DNA of 54,220 bases from Paramecium tetraurelia (Eukaryota), in the NCBI GenBank assembly GCA_000165425.1, contig CT867996.1, positions 248,001-302,220 on the forward strand, read 5' to 3'. Position 1 is the first letter of the stretch. Each line of letters opens with the position of its first letter. The notes beneath the pieces are model-generated. The model did not search any database. It saw only the letters and a list, made by a program, of their open reading frames with translations, and was not told where the DNA came from. Made by a program: the position numbers and the translations under genes. Below, in pieces: positions 27,517 to 40,135 of this stretch.

Positions 27517-28718
27517 TCACAACCCCAATCTACTGAAAATTGAATTTATGAATTGACTAGTAGAAAATACTCCTCCTATCACAGCGAAGATGGCTACCAC
27601 TAATTGAGTCCAAGATGATATTTTGCTCTAATAAATTGTAGTTATTGGATCGAATTCATATTTAAATATGATTTAAGGTAGCCTTTCACTTGTTAGCAAT
27701 CTGACTATAGATAACTTTTAAAATCTTACTTCTGTTCATATGCTGTAAATGTGTATAAGTCTGCCTCTGTGAACAAAGTCTCATAATGACTTTCAACCAA
27801 CTTCAAATAATATTAAGTGTCCTCTTTTTATTTCAGCTGGTGAGTTGTACCATCCAGAGTGTTAGTAGTCTTGAAATACCTTCCGAAAGTAGGTCCTTGC
27901 TTTTAGGGTGTAAACTCTAACCAGTTGATAGTATGTGAAAGTTAAATGTCTTGGGAAATCAACTATTATTAATATTTACAAGTTCATACACTAACTGCCT
28001 ATCCCTTCCCATGGAAACTGATGTGAAAATTACCGGGAATTCTTTTGATGTAGAAATGCCCAAAGATTTGACATGATTCTCCGTAAGTGAATGCCATTGC
28101 AGTTAGATCATTCATATCTATATATTGTTATCCTCTTCTTTCCTCTCCAAAATCTTCAGTAAACAACACTCTTCTTCCATTTTATTATATGTAAGAATAT
28201 TTGCATTGTTGAATACTCTCCTTTCTAGGCAAAGGCCAATCTCGACTTGCATATGCCAATAAAACATCTTAACATGTTATACATTTTTGCCCCTCAAACA
28301 ATTATGCTCCATAACAATCATTTACTTCATTCGCATTATGCCAATTCCAGTGATACAATGATTGTTCAAACAATTTCACATTCTCTGCATACTCTTTATT
28401 AATGAATCTACCATCTCTAATTCTTAACTTATGTATTGTGTATTCCATATCTTCCAAATGAGTGCCTGTAACATCTTGCTAATCCAATGATAAGGCAAAA
28501 CATGTCATATCATGAACTGTGATATTCAAATTAACTCTTATTCTTTCATCAACATTGGTGGTATCAATCGTGGACAATACTTCCAATTAAAATGATCTTA
28601 TTATTTCTCCAATAATTAGAAATCCAACTGAAAATATAGTAACAAGGGCTAATATTCCACCACAAGTAGTCTTCTTTGTTTCTACTTTTGACTTTGTGAA
28701 TAAATTGATATACTACAT
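27517..28718 (-). CDS. ERGIC3: ER-Golgi intermediate compartment protein (ERGIC3/Erv46 family)
   Basis: KTTCGGILAL.., VNLNITVHDMTCFALSLDQQDVTG, CYGA..CITCQDV..AY, ESCQIFGHF.IKRIPGNFHISFH, IIFKYEFDPI and AVIGGVFS. Intron at 27963-27989. Confidence 0.9.
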
Positions 28719-29085
28719 AAATTAATTTATATTAAAGTAAGCAATTATGAGAATATATTCAAATATTGAACTTGAATTTACATTCCTTCTACTCTTCTAA
28801 CCGTTGATTATTCTGAACGCTTTTATGATTTTTTATTAAATAAATTAAGTATTCAGGATTCTCACAACTTATTACTTAAATTTTTTTATTATCAAATCAA
28901 TTTTATATATCCCAAACTAATGTAATTTACAAGATCTCTTTGCTTTCATATTCACCTCAAGCAAAATCATGATATTTAAGGAGGACTGAAAACAGGGAGG
29001 AAAAATTTGTTTGTGTCACAAATTAATGTCTTTTTTGCAGAGAAATAAATTAGTTAATAAATACAAAATAAATGATGAGTTATTC

Positions 29086-29505
29086 TCATTTAAGTACCAT
29101 GTGGACAAATTTAGAGGATTCTGAACAAAATTTGACGTGCTTCTATGAGATTTTTTCACTGGAACTTGAACTTTGAAAGGATTCTCGTTTTTTCAAAATG
29201 CCTTTTTTCTCTATAGATTCTCTTGAGAGATTGAGTTAGCTTGGAGTTTTTGAGATGGAAGCCACCCTTTGACAACTATAATGAGATTCTTTTTAGACTT
29301 TTTTAATCCGACTCTATTTGCGCCGTAAAGCTGAACCAATTTCACATTGTAACTCTTCATCTTATTCAATCGTTTATATATGGAGATTCTGAAGCGACTT
29401 GCAGATGTCTGCTTTCGTTTTTACATTCAATTCCCTTAATCTTTGATAATTTTGATATAATGGAGAATCATTTTATTAGATTTCTCTATCCCAATCGCTT
29501 GACAT
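29086..29505 (-). CDS. Small hydrophilic protein with SILK-like (KGILKK) and RVxF-like (KHVKF) PP1-docking motifs
   Basis: Intronless 139-aa frame MSSDWDREIQQ..EKKGILKKRESFQSSSSSEKISQKHVKFCSE..-TGA. Confidence 0.7.
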
Positions 29506-29706
29506 AATTTAAAGATAAAATATAATAATAAATTCAATCGATTAAATTTGAGCAAAGTATAATTCTTGTGAGTTTATTATAATTGACTCGAATGTATATA
29601 AAAAGTATTAATTTAATATTTCATTATTCATTATTTTATAATAACTAAAATAGTTATACAAATAGTGAAAACCTCAAATAGAATAATTAATAATTATTTA
29701 ATAAAA

Positions 29707-32698
29707 ATGTATATTTCTACTCAAATTGGAAGGTGCATAGTTGAGGAACCTGATCTCAAAAATCGAATGCTCTACAAAACTCTAGAGTTAGAATTATAAG
29801 GTACACAATTTTGGCAATTCCTTAGCTTAGGGAGGCTTGAAAGTAGTTAAAAACACATTTTAAAATGATCCTAAATACGAGCTAAAGAACTTCGACATAA
29901 GAAAGAGGTTCGATTTGAGACCCCAGAATATTCATTCATTCAATATTTAATAAAACCTTTAAACACAAAAGATCTAAAATCAGGAGGCCTCAAGAAATCT
30001 TCGATCTGTGAACTTGACTTAAAGGATGGTAGACCAAGAAAATATAACAAATCATACTCATAATGGTTTATTGAGTGCTTTGATCCATGAAGCTGGATAG
30101 AAGGTACTAAGGTAGGTATAATAGGAGCCTTCTAGCTAATAGGAATAAAGATTATGTATTCTTGATAACCTAGATGGAAATGACATGAGATTATTAGTAT
30201 GTATAACCATGTTCAGAGAGCCTCTCACTTAATTACAAAAATCAATTGATGGTGTGGTGCAGTCTTTGGATGCTTTTATGAAGTATGGGATAGCTCCTCA
30301 TCAAATTGGAGTTTGTGTATTTTTTGATGGAATCGAGAATATCCACAATGTGATCGATGAGAATGGGGCAGCATATCATGAAAATATTATTCGTAATTAA
30401 AAATAATAAATTTCTTAGCCTACTTTAAAAGCAATCTAGATGAGCAATACGGGATCAAGGATAAAAAGACACTTGACTACCAATATTGGGAGTATAAGAA
30501 ACACAAGAAATTCTTGAACGATTACAATCCTCAAAACATTATCAATTTGAGAAAAAACAAGGAACTCCTATTAAAGAAATATAAAAAGTACAAGGATTCT
30601 CTTCTGCCAATAATGAAAGCATAGAAGGGCTATCAATGGATGCCATAAGATGAATGGGTGGAAACCAACATTATATAGGCAATGATCAGATAATACTAAT
30701 TGTCAAAATAATATATTCAAGATAGAGAGAACACTGCCTGGGTATATCAAGGTAGGCATGTATATCAGGAATGCACAATGCCAATATTTTATGTTTTCAA
30801 ATTCAAAAATGGGTCTAAACTGTCTTCTCATCTATGGTTTTTTAAGGGATTCTGCTAAGAATTGAAACCAGACTACTGTTTATTGATGGACTGCGGAGCC
30901 GTTCCTGCTAAAGACAGTATTTTTAAATTAATAAGTTCAATGGAAGCAGATCCTAAGGTAGGTGGAGTGTGTGGTAATATGAGAATAGAAGAGGAGGTAG
31001 AAAGCAATGAAGCCCAAAATGATTAATAGATGGATATTCTAAGCAAAATCCTCAATAAACATTTCTTTTCAATTAAAAAATGCTAATAATGTGAATATGA
31101 TATTGGACATACTTTGGATAAAAATTACGAATCAGCCTTGAATTACATCCATGTCTTGCCTGGAGCTTTCTCTGCTTATCGATACAAAGCCTTCAGCCAA
31201 CATTATATAAAGTACTCGAAGTAGTCAAAGTAAATTCAATTGCTACTATAAAATTAACATAAGAATACATCAGATAATCAACCAGACGTTAATGTTGATA
31301 TTGACAATTAACAAAGTTCCCAATAAGTTATTCCAGAAGAAAACTATAATATTCTCAATTTCTATTTGAGGTAAGTGATGGAATCCGATTATTAATATAG
31401 TAGCATTACTGAAGCTAATATGTTTTTGGCTGAGGATAGAGTATTGTGTTTATTGTTGTTTTGTTAAGATTTTTATCTAAAATACATTCCAGATGCCATA
31501 GTTTATGTAGATGCCTGTTAAAGTTTAATTGATTTGTTATTTCAAAGAAGGAGATGGATAAATGGAAGTTGGTTTGCTCTTAATTATGTTTAAGAAACTT
31601 ATCATGATAAATTAGAGGGCAGTTCTCATACTTGGGAAGCAAAGCAAATGCTTAAATTTAGCATTATAACTGCAAACTTAAATCAACTCTAATAATACTT
31701 TTTCTAATCATTCTAGATAGTTTGGTTGTTCATGGTATTGTAAACTGTTGTGGATTCTAATGGTACAATAAATGATCGAAACTATAATCATATCTAGGAA
31801 TCTACTGATAATATTGTAGTTTCTGCAATTATAGGATTGTACATTTTATTGGTTTTAATGCTTGTATATTTATCTTTGACTTATGACTAATAGATATTGA
31901 ATAATGTTAATGGAACTATTGGTCAATCAAAAAAGCAGGTTTAAGAACAGATTAAGAACTACTACTATTCAAGATACTATTTTGTTTCTACTATATTGGG
32001 TTTAATGAGTTTAGCAACTGTAGGCTACACAGTTTATCTACTAATTTAATAAATTATATTGGAACTCAAATTTAGTGAATTTTTAGAAGTACCAAATGCA
32101 CCTCAATCTTATTATAGTTTGCTTATAGTTCTAAACTTTGGAATGTTGGGACTTCCATTTCTCTTCACTTTAATGACTTAACCGTCGATAATATTGAGTG
32201 TGATTGTTAATTCGATTCATTATTTCTATTTTCAGCCTACTTATACTCATTTATTCATCACTTATGCCTTTTGTAGGATCGATGACTTATCTTGGGGAAC
32301 CAAGGGTCTTACTGAAGACAACAGCAAAAATAAGGTGTTCACTGATAAAATCTACAAAAAATACTTGTTTGTTATTAAGTGGATAGTACTTAATTGCTTG
32401 CTTTCAGGAATTCTAATACTGTTATTAAGAATGAACATTTCAATGTTACCTTCATTCTTAATTTTATTTGTGTCCGTAATTCTAACTGTCATCAGTATAA
32501 TCAAAGGGTTTTTAGCTATCATTCACTTAATCCAATTTTACATGCCTTCAGGGACAAAGGCTAGAAGAGACAAGTAAATTTATCTAATCAATATTTAGAT
32601 TAATTAACAGAGTAGATAAAAGGAGAGAAACCTTAGAAAGAGGTAAAACTTATAACACTAATTTATAATAATTCTTCATGCCACAAAATTCTAGATGA
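29707..32698 (+). CDS. CHS: Chitin synthase (GT2, division-1-like)
   Basis: Motifs [78 protein letters not shown] (31543-31557) and [10 protein letters not shown], with multiple C-terminal TMs. Several tiny introns; TGA at 32696-32698. Confidence 0.95.
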
Positions 32699-34436
32699 AA
32701 TGTTATTTTTTCAAGCATTATATTTTATTTTAAACATCGCAGTCTTCTTAGTTATTTGAACTTCTTGATCGTACTGATTCATCTCTAATGCTCACTTCTA
32801 TTTGGCTTTCTCTAATTTGTTAATTGTCTAGAGGAGTATCATCCATTGGATCAGGCAAGTGAATTTCATGAATCCGCATATGCTCACTCTTTAATTCACT
32901 GTTTGCATCAAATCGAATTTCTCTTGCAGATTTGAAAAGACTGGAACTCTTCAAATGTTTTATTTGACTAACTCTACTACTTCTTTTAGTATTTCCAACA
33001 CTTTATAATCTTGATTATACACTATTAACACTCTCTATTCTAGATTCGTCCATCATAGGAGACAACGCTATCTTTCTTTGATTTTCCCTGTAAGAATGTA
33101 TTAATTAATTAAGCTCTATTGATTTTTTCTATTCTATATTCTTTTCAATCTTCATAATCTATAATAAATCATGCATATCTTTACTCTTTGTTTCATCTTG
33201 AGTCTCTTCATTCTGTGTTCCAAATGCAAATCAATTTCCTCCGATAATGCTTTGTATAAGCTCATCAAATCTGCTGTCAACTCATCAAACAATTATTATG
33301 ATTACTCCAAATAGTCCAAGACCTTCTCATTATTCTCGTACAATTGCTCTAAACGGTTCTCCATAAATTACAGTTCTCTCAAATTCAATTAATCATTTGA
33401 GGCAGCCTCATGTGAGATTGAGTACTTCTATTTCAATTTATCAATCTCCGCATTTTCATCATTTTCCTTGAGTGTTCTATAGAAGTTGATACCCATGATG
33501 GCCACAGGCAATGATATTGTTGTAGTTCCTAATAATGCAGTTATACAAGCAATGAATTTGCCCTATATTGTCTGAGGTATCAAATCCCCATAACCAACTG
33601 TTGTCATCGTAACTACACACCACCAAATGGCATCTGGGATAGATTTAATTTGATTCTCTCCTTAATCGCTTTCGTCTTCATTATACTCCAAATAGTAGAT
33701 GATTGTAGAAAAAAAGATCACCATTAGCAATAACATCACAATCAGCATTAGTATATCCTTTAATGAGTTTTTAACTGTATCTGCCTTAATTATCAGTATA
33801 AATTACTAACATTGAAATTTCTTTCATGAATCTAGACAATTTGAACAAACGAAATATCCGAATAAATCTGATCAGTCTCAGCACCCTCAATTATGAGAAT
33901 GAACCACTTGTTAGTGTTAGACTCAGCAAAAAGGGCAGGATCGATACAAAGTCGATCAAGTTCATTGGAGATATGATAAATTACAAGAGTGATCTATCAA
34001 AAGCACTGGTTGAAAATAAACGCAAAACTAAGTATAATGATTTAATCTTACGATACTCAGTACCAAAAAACACGAACAAATACAGTTCAATAGTGGAACT
34101 AACAGAATCATAAGTTTCATTGCCTGATTCATAGATAGAATCAACTATTATTGTTATACATGATAATAAGATGCTTAGCAGAAGTATAATTTATATCACT
34201 TTAGCTAATATTGAGCTTTGCGGATCTTCTAACAATATGTATACATGCTATTAACATTCTTTAATCAAGACTTTGAATTTCCCAATTACATTTTGATTCA
34301 TCAATTTCCTCCTTAAAGAAAAATCTTCAGTCTTTAATTTTCTTAAGAATGTGGCTTTGGTTTGAAGATTGTGTAACTACTTATTTTGGCTTTATTTCGA
34401 AACAGATGAAGAGTTAGATGAATTAGATTTCTTCAT
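32676..34436 (-). CDS. Voltage-gated K+ channel, Shaker/Kv-type 6TM, no T1 domain and no CNBD
   Basis: LLEDPQSS before S1; S4 [20 protein letters not shown]; pore [23 protein letters not shown]6 LPVAI; C-terminal coiled coil. The 3' end is uncertain by about 35 nt. Confidence 0.93.
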
Positions 34437-34657
34437 TTCTTACTAAAATTAATAAATATATATAAATATCAAAGTAGAAAACTATTTAAATGATTGAGAT
34501 TTTAACAACCAAAATTAAACCTAAAACTTAGCTTGTCGAAAATAGAGTGTAAAGAAGCCTAAAATAGAGTTTGATGATGCCTATAACGGAGTGTGATGAA
34601 GTCTTGGAAATACAAAAAATATTTTTATTAAGACAAAATAAAAAAGATTGTCTTATT

Positions 34658-37600
34658 TCATTTTTCTGTTAATTCTCTAAATCCTTTCCAATCCTTTGGT
34701 GCCTTTCCACCGCATGAATGTATTACTTCCAAGAGTGTATTTGAGGGTCCGTCCTTGTGTTCAGGAATCATAGTCTACACATAATAAATAGTAAAAATTA
34801 CTAAAGTTTTTTGGAATGTTTATTAGGCATCACCCCAAGATCCCTTAATGTACTAGTCAAATCCTATTTTCCAAGTTTCATAAAACACCTAACATCAATG
34901 ATCTAAATTACTTATGTGTAAGGTTCTCTTGCTGCAGCCAATTCATCATCAGTTGCAAATAGATCAGTCACAGATACTTAATTATTTTGGACCTTCTTCA
35001 TTAAGTCTTCCCTCTTAAACCTATTTAAAACTCTAAACTTCTTAGACTCCTTCTGGGTCATTTAGGAAACATCAAATTTGTCTCTTAACCCTTTGATTTT
35101 TGATTATAGATTTTTTATTGACATGTCAATGGTGTGTAATTCTATGATTATGTAATAGAGGGATACCTAAAGGAACAATACTTCCCTTCACAGTAACAAC
35201 ATCGATCATTCTCATTTACTTCTAGCATTCTTCAGTGAGATATTGTTTCAAAATGCCACTAACGAGAATGAGCGCTCCGAACTACTTTGTAGCTGCCTCC
35301 AACCTAGATGCCATGTTAACATTCGGACTAAGATAGGAAGCATCGATTTTAAAGCCAGAACCTATGGCTCCTTCAATTCCCCATCCCATATGTAGACCAA
35401 ACCCCATTTTAACCGAGTAATCTTTCATTCTTGCATTGAGACCTTCGTGCTTCTTATACTTTTCTAATTTCTTGGAAATTGAGATTCCAGTAATTATTTT
35501 TAGAAATGCCAATACAGCCATATCTCCTTTCTATTTGATGTATCTGTCGTTTTTGAGCTTCAAGCTTTTAGGATTATCAGGGTCTGGATGGTAATCATTA
35601 GGAGAATATTTCCAAACTAACAAGAATGCATCTCCTATATTTTTATTAGCTGATCCACTCATGGAATCAACAGTAGAATGGACAATCTCAGCGATTTCAT
35701 TTACAAATAACATTACTCCTTGTTACAAGACTTCTGTGGCCTAGAATAATCATTAAATAGTATTACATCTGTGAAATTTCTTATATCGCAAAAACCAAAG
35801 ATGGCCAGAATCTTCTTCCCAGGAATCATTGGATCAACACTACCACCCTTTTTGATATTCTCAGCTATAATTTCAGAGCCAGCCTCTCCGAAACCAACTG
35901 CCAATAGTGCCCCTACTTTCATTATTAGTCTCTACAACACATAAGTTTCCATATGTTTCTCAATTTCTTTTTGTTTCAACTTTTCTACATCTTATTGTTT
36001 TTCCAATTCCTCCATTATTAAGTCCTCCTATTCCTCAATGTTGACTGCTTCCAAAGGATTGGCTGCAATCATTTCAATTTTTTGCATCATAGCCTCAATG
36101 GGATCAATTACCAAATCTGAAACATCCTTACTAAACATTAATGCTGAAACTGCTAAAACAATGCAGACAAAGACAGTTTAAAAGATTGATAAAATTGCAT
36201 TCGTCTAATTGTAACTCACTAAATCAGCAGCTGCATAAGTTTATAAATCAGATCCTTCAGATTTAACGTAATATTAAAGATCAGAGAATCTATATTGGTT
36301 TTTTGTTTCATAAGCAGGTTATTCAAAGATCTCAGGATTTGTACTGTAGCTCCATTCGTGTAATTTTTAATTGGAATCACCTTCCAATTTGACATCCACA
36401 CTATAGATTGGAAATATCTCAGACACATGGAATTAGGCATATTATTAGAGAAGTGACTTCATCACTGAATCATTGTTTCTGAATTAATAGATTCTATAAA
36501 TTCCTGAGTCATAACTACTAATCATTTCTTAATAGGTATCCAATGAAAGAACTGGAATACTTATCAGAATTGCCAAAATGATAGTGATAACTCTTCTCAT
36601 AACGAGATCTGAGAGTTATGCACCGACTAAAGACTCTTTAATTTGATCTTCAGCTTGAGAAGTGGTCGATGAAGTTTTAAGATTAGAAGTAGTTGAATTC
36701 TTATCAGGAGTTCTGGACTATTCAATGTCATTTTGAGATCCCCTTTATTCTTCATTATTAGAAACAATCGGCACTACTTGTAGATTAGATTAGGCCTGTA
36801 TTTACGGTTATTGAGGAGCCTGTTAATCTGAGCTTTTATTTTATTGAGCTTATCGAAGCAACTCCTATAATAGCTTTTTCTATTATTCCTTCTCCATCTA
36901 TTATCGAGCATGTTTATACAACTTGACCAATCTCACCAATCGAATCACTCTAATAACTCTAGCTGCCTTTCGAGCTGCTCTAGATGCAGTTCCAATTGAT
37001 TTAATTTAAGCAGCACTTGAAAGGTCTCCCGAATACCATGTGTCAGTAATCCATCCCAAATCCAATATCATTGTTATTGTGGAGATCACGTCCAATACAA
37101 AGTAAAACTAAATCTTACGAAAATATTTACATTAAACACATATTCTGGTTTACAAATGCTTGTAAGTATTATTTCCGCTAAGAAAGCAACCATACAAATC
37201 ACGGTTAGAATGAAGAATACATCATCTCCTTGTTTATCAACTGACAGTATGCGAATGTCATCTCCGAAGAGTGCATAAATGGTAACTATGGCCATGATTA
37301 TTGAGAATGGAGTGCTCTCAGTAAGTTTCAAAATCTTTTTTGCAAACTCAGATTATTGCTTTTGAACATGGTGTCTGCTCTTCAGTTTACTATTCATTCT
37401 TTTAATACGCTTCTGTGATGTTTCTGGGATATTAATTTATCAATATTTACATTAAGCTGGAGACTTTGCGCCTCCTGAACTTTTTATGGATATGTCATCC
37501 TGGCTGTGATGATTTGATCCAATCATTTACTTGTTTAATTTCTTCAATTCATCTGGCGGTGGCTCCTTCTTTCGGATTAATGGTTGAGCTGTCTGTTTAT

Positions 37601-37837
37601 CAGTTAACTAATATTTATCATCAAATACTAAAGGGGCTTGGTTTTGTCCCTGATTCTCAGAAGAACGCTTAGCCGATCGATCTGATGGTAACTGAAGCTA
37701 TTAATTTATGAATAAACTACAACATTAGGGTCGGATACCATTTCATTGAAATTCTTTACGACTTGGGAGGGAACAAATACTTCACCTAATCCTTGTTCCT
37801 CATGTACAAGTTTATCTTGCTCATTTTGGGTGTTCAT
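34658..37837 (-). CDS. Adenylyl cyclase fused to an ion-channel-like (voltage-sensor) N-terminal domain, alveolate type
   Basis: TMs TIYALFGDDIR..; S4-like RAARKAARVIRVIRLVRLVKLYK; catalytic motifs FGFCDIRNFTD, KNIGDAFLLVW, MGFGLHMGWGIEGAIGS..KIDASYLSPNVNMASRLEAATK; ends WKGFRELTEK-TGA. Confidence 0.95.
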
Positions 37838-37862
37838 ATTTTAATAAATTAAATATAGACAA

Positions 37863-38331
37863 ATGATTAATAATTTACAACCCTTATTTGGTATGTATAA
37901 GGAACTTTGGATCGAAAACGCAACTTAATTAAAAGAGGCCTTGGAGAAATGGGATCAGCATTAATTAAAATCCTGGCTCCAAAAAATGGAAAGTTATCTA
38001 TTTCGATTACTTATTAGGAACCATATTTACATTCCAATATGATGAGAGTATTGGACTGCTAGATGAGTTTTAACCGAATTATATCTAGAATTTGCCCAAT
38101 GACATGGGCATATAATGTAACAAACTAAGGACTATGTTTTAGAATAACTCAACTTAATATCTAATAGTGAACACTTATCTAAAATTGTTACGCTGTTTGA
38201 AAAAATCCCTTGAACCTATTTATAACTCCACTCATTTACTTAACTCAATAAGAAATCTGGAATTATACCTTTCCTCTCCATTGAATTAAAATACTATCAA
38301 GCCTTAAGAATGCAATTGCACAGCATTTTGA
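37863..38331 (+). CDS. Hypothetical protein
   Basis: MINNLQPLFGMYKELW.. is restored to a continuous frame by a 25-nt GT..AG intron near 37993-38017. First TGA at 38329-38331. Confidence 0.4.
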
Positions 38332-38731
38332 TATTAGTTTATAAAATATACAAATTTACTATATGAATCAGAATTTAATTTGTTAATCATCCAACACCTC
38401 CCCTAAATTATAATCACTCATTGTGAAATACAAATCCTCCCTGTTACACTGTATTTATTGCTTATTTAGTTCCGAAATTCTTATTAATCTAAGAAATGTT
38501 ATAATATAATAATTATAGATATGAATTTTATCTGTTACACTTAAAAAGCCATTAGGAAAAGCAAAATCTTAGCATTTTTGAGGAATCACAATTTATCATT
38601 CAGTTATCGATGAAGGTAAAAGTGTGGGTTATTGTGAAATAATTACAATACTAGCGAGAATTCACATTTTAATAAGAATCATAGCCACAGGTTTTAATGA
38701 TACCATATATTTAATATTTACTAATTATATC

Positions 38732-40119
38732 TCACTATTGGGTTTATATTTATTGTAAATTCAAGGTCTCTTGGAGATGTTAATCTTGTTCGATATCTTC
38801 CAAGAATTCCTCTATTTGTTATTCTTCCAACCCTTCCTTTTTCTTATTTTTCTTCTCTTAATTTTCTTCTATATCTAATCTTTTCAATTGAGTCTTTCTC
38901 TTTTTGTTTTTCTCTGGTTTTCTCCTTATAATAATTATCTCTGGCTTGTCATAAATTTCATCTAATTCATTATTATACTTATTTAAATCGAATCCTTAAA
39001 CAGTCATTCCTGCTGACAAAAAATTACCTAAATGCGATTTGACTTAGTATTGATTATAATCAGAATCATTATCTTTCATGAGTTCGACTGTGCAAAGACT
39101 ATTTAAAAAGGGATGGTTTTGATCATTTTTTGAAGGTTTGATTTTTTCTACGTCTAAAATTGTAAATTCATCACAATTATCCCTCAAAGGCATAGTTCTA
39201 ATATCTAAATCATGTTTGAAATATTATTCAGCTGAGATTTCACAAACTTTTAATTTAGTTGGATCAATTAATTGTATTGAACTAGCAACTCTATAACATA
39301 TCTAAATTCTGTTAATTCCTCCTAATTGATGACATAGTTTATGTGGTAAAATCACTAAATCATCTTTGCATATTCTTGGCACATCCACCACAAATGTATA
39401 TTTAATAAACGAATACACTTCTTTTGATTCCTTTACCTATATTGGTAGATATGATCTAATAAATTCTAACATGTGAAGTGCTTGATTTTTTTGCTTAAAG
39501 TAAAAATTCATTCCATCATCTGCTGATTCCACCTTTAACATTTACTAATTCATATGATGTTGCAAAATTAGTTGCTCCAAATAATAGAATGACTTCTTAT
39601 GATTTACTCGTTATCTTAATTGAATGCAAGCTCCCCAAATATGAGGGGTAAATTCTCTCTTGCAATCTTCGCATTAATGGTAAACCTCCTCAAAATTTAA
39701 AATTTTTGAATCCTAAATGCACGTTCCATTCATAGCTTCTTTTTATACTGTGATCTATAATTTGATTTATTTAGTGCTTGGCTCTGTAAAAATAAATTTC
39801 GTGTCTATTATTGTCTTTTCCTGCAATCTAACATTATAAATAGGAATATTTTACCCTATTACCTTCTTTAAGCAGATAGCAAGCAATTCTTTCGAATCTC
39901 TTTCGCAAAGAACCCAAGGAGGTCTTTGATATCTTCTACAATTTCTGCATAACAGTATTTCTTTATCATTATCGATATCTAATTCAATTTTTAAAAAGTA
40001 CCCTAGGTGATATTCATTTATGCAATCAAACAATTTGGACAAATATTTGTTTTTGTTAGTTTTGGTTCAAACTCCAATTCACATAATGGGCAAAATATTA
40101 ATACAGCTCTTTGCAACAT
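38732..40119 (-). CDS. NMD3: 60S ribosomal subunit export adaptor NMD3
   Basis: Four CxxC motifs (CPLC, CPNC, CRNC, CEDC), PPWVLCERDSKELLAICLKK, FIFTEPS, WGACIQLRQRVNHKKSFYYLEQLIL and a C-terminal EEFLEDIEQD. Tiny introns in the 5' part. Confidence 0.95.
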
Positions 40120-40135
40120 TGTAAATATTTTTAAA

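Noticed and set aside
33826..34113. 95-aa + strand ORF in the track
   Set aside because: Antisense to the S2-S4 region of the well-supported K+ channel gene.
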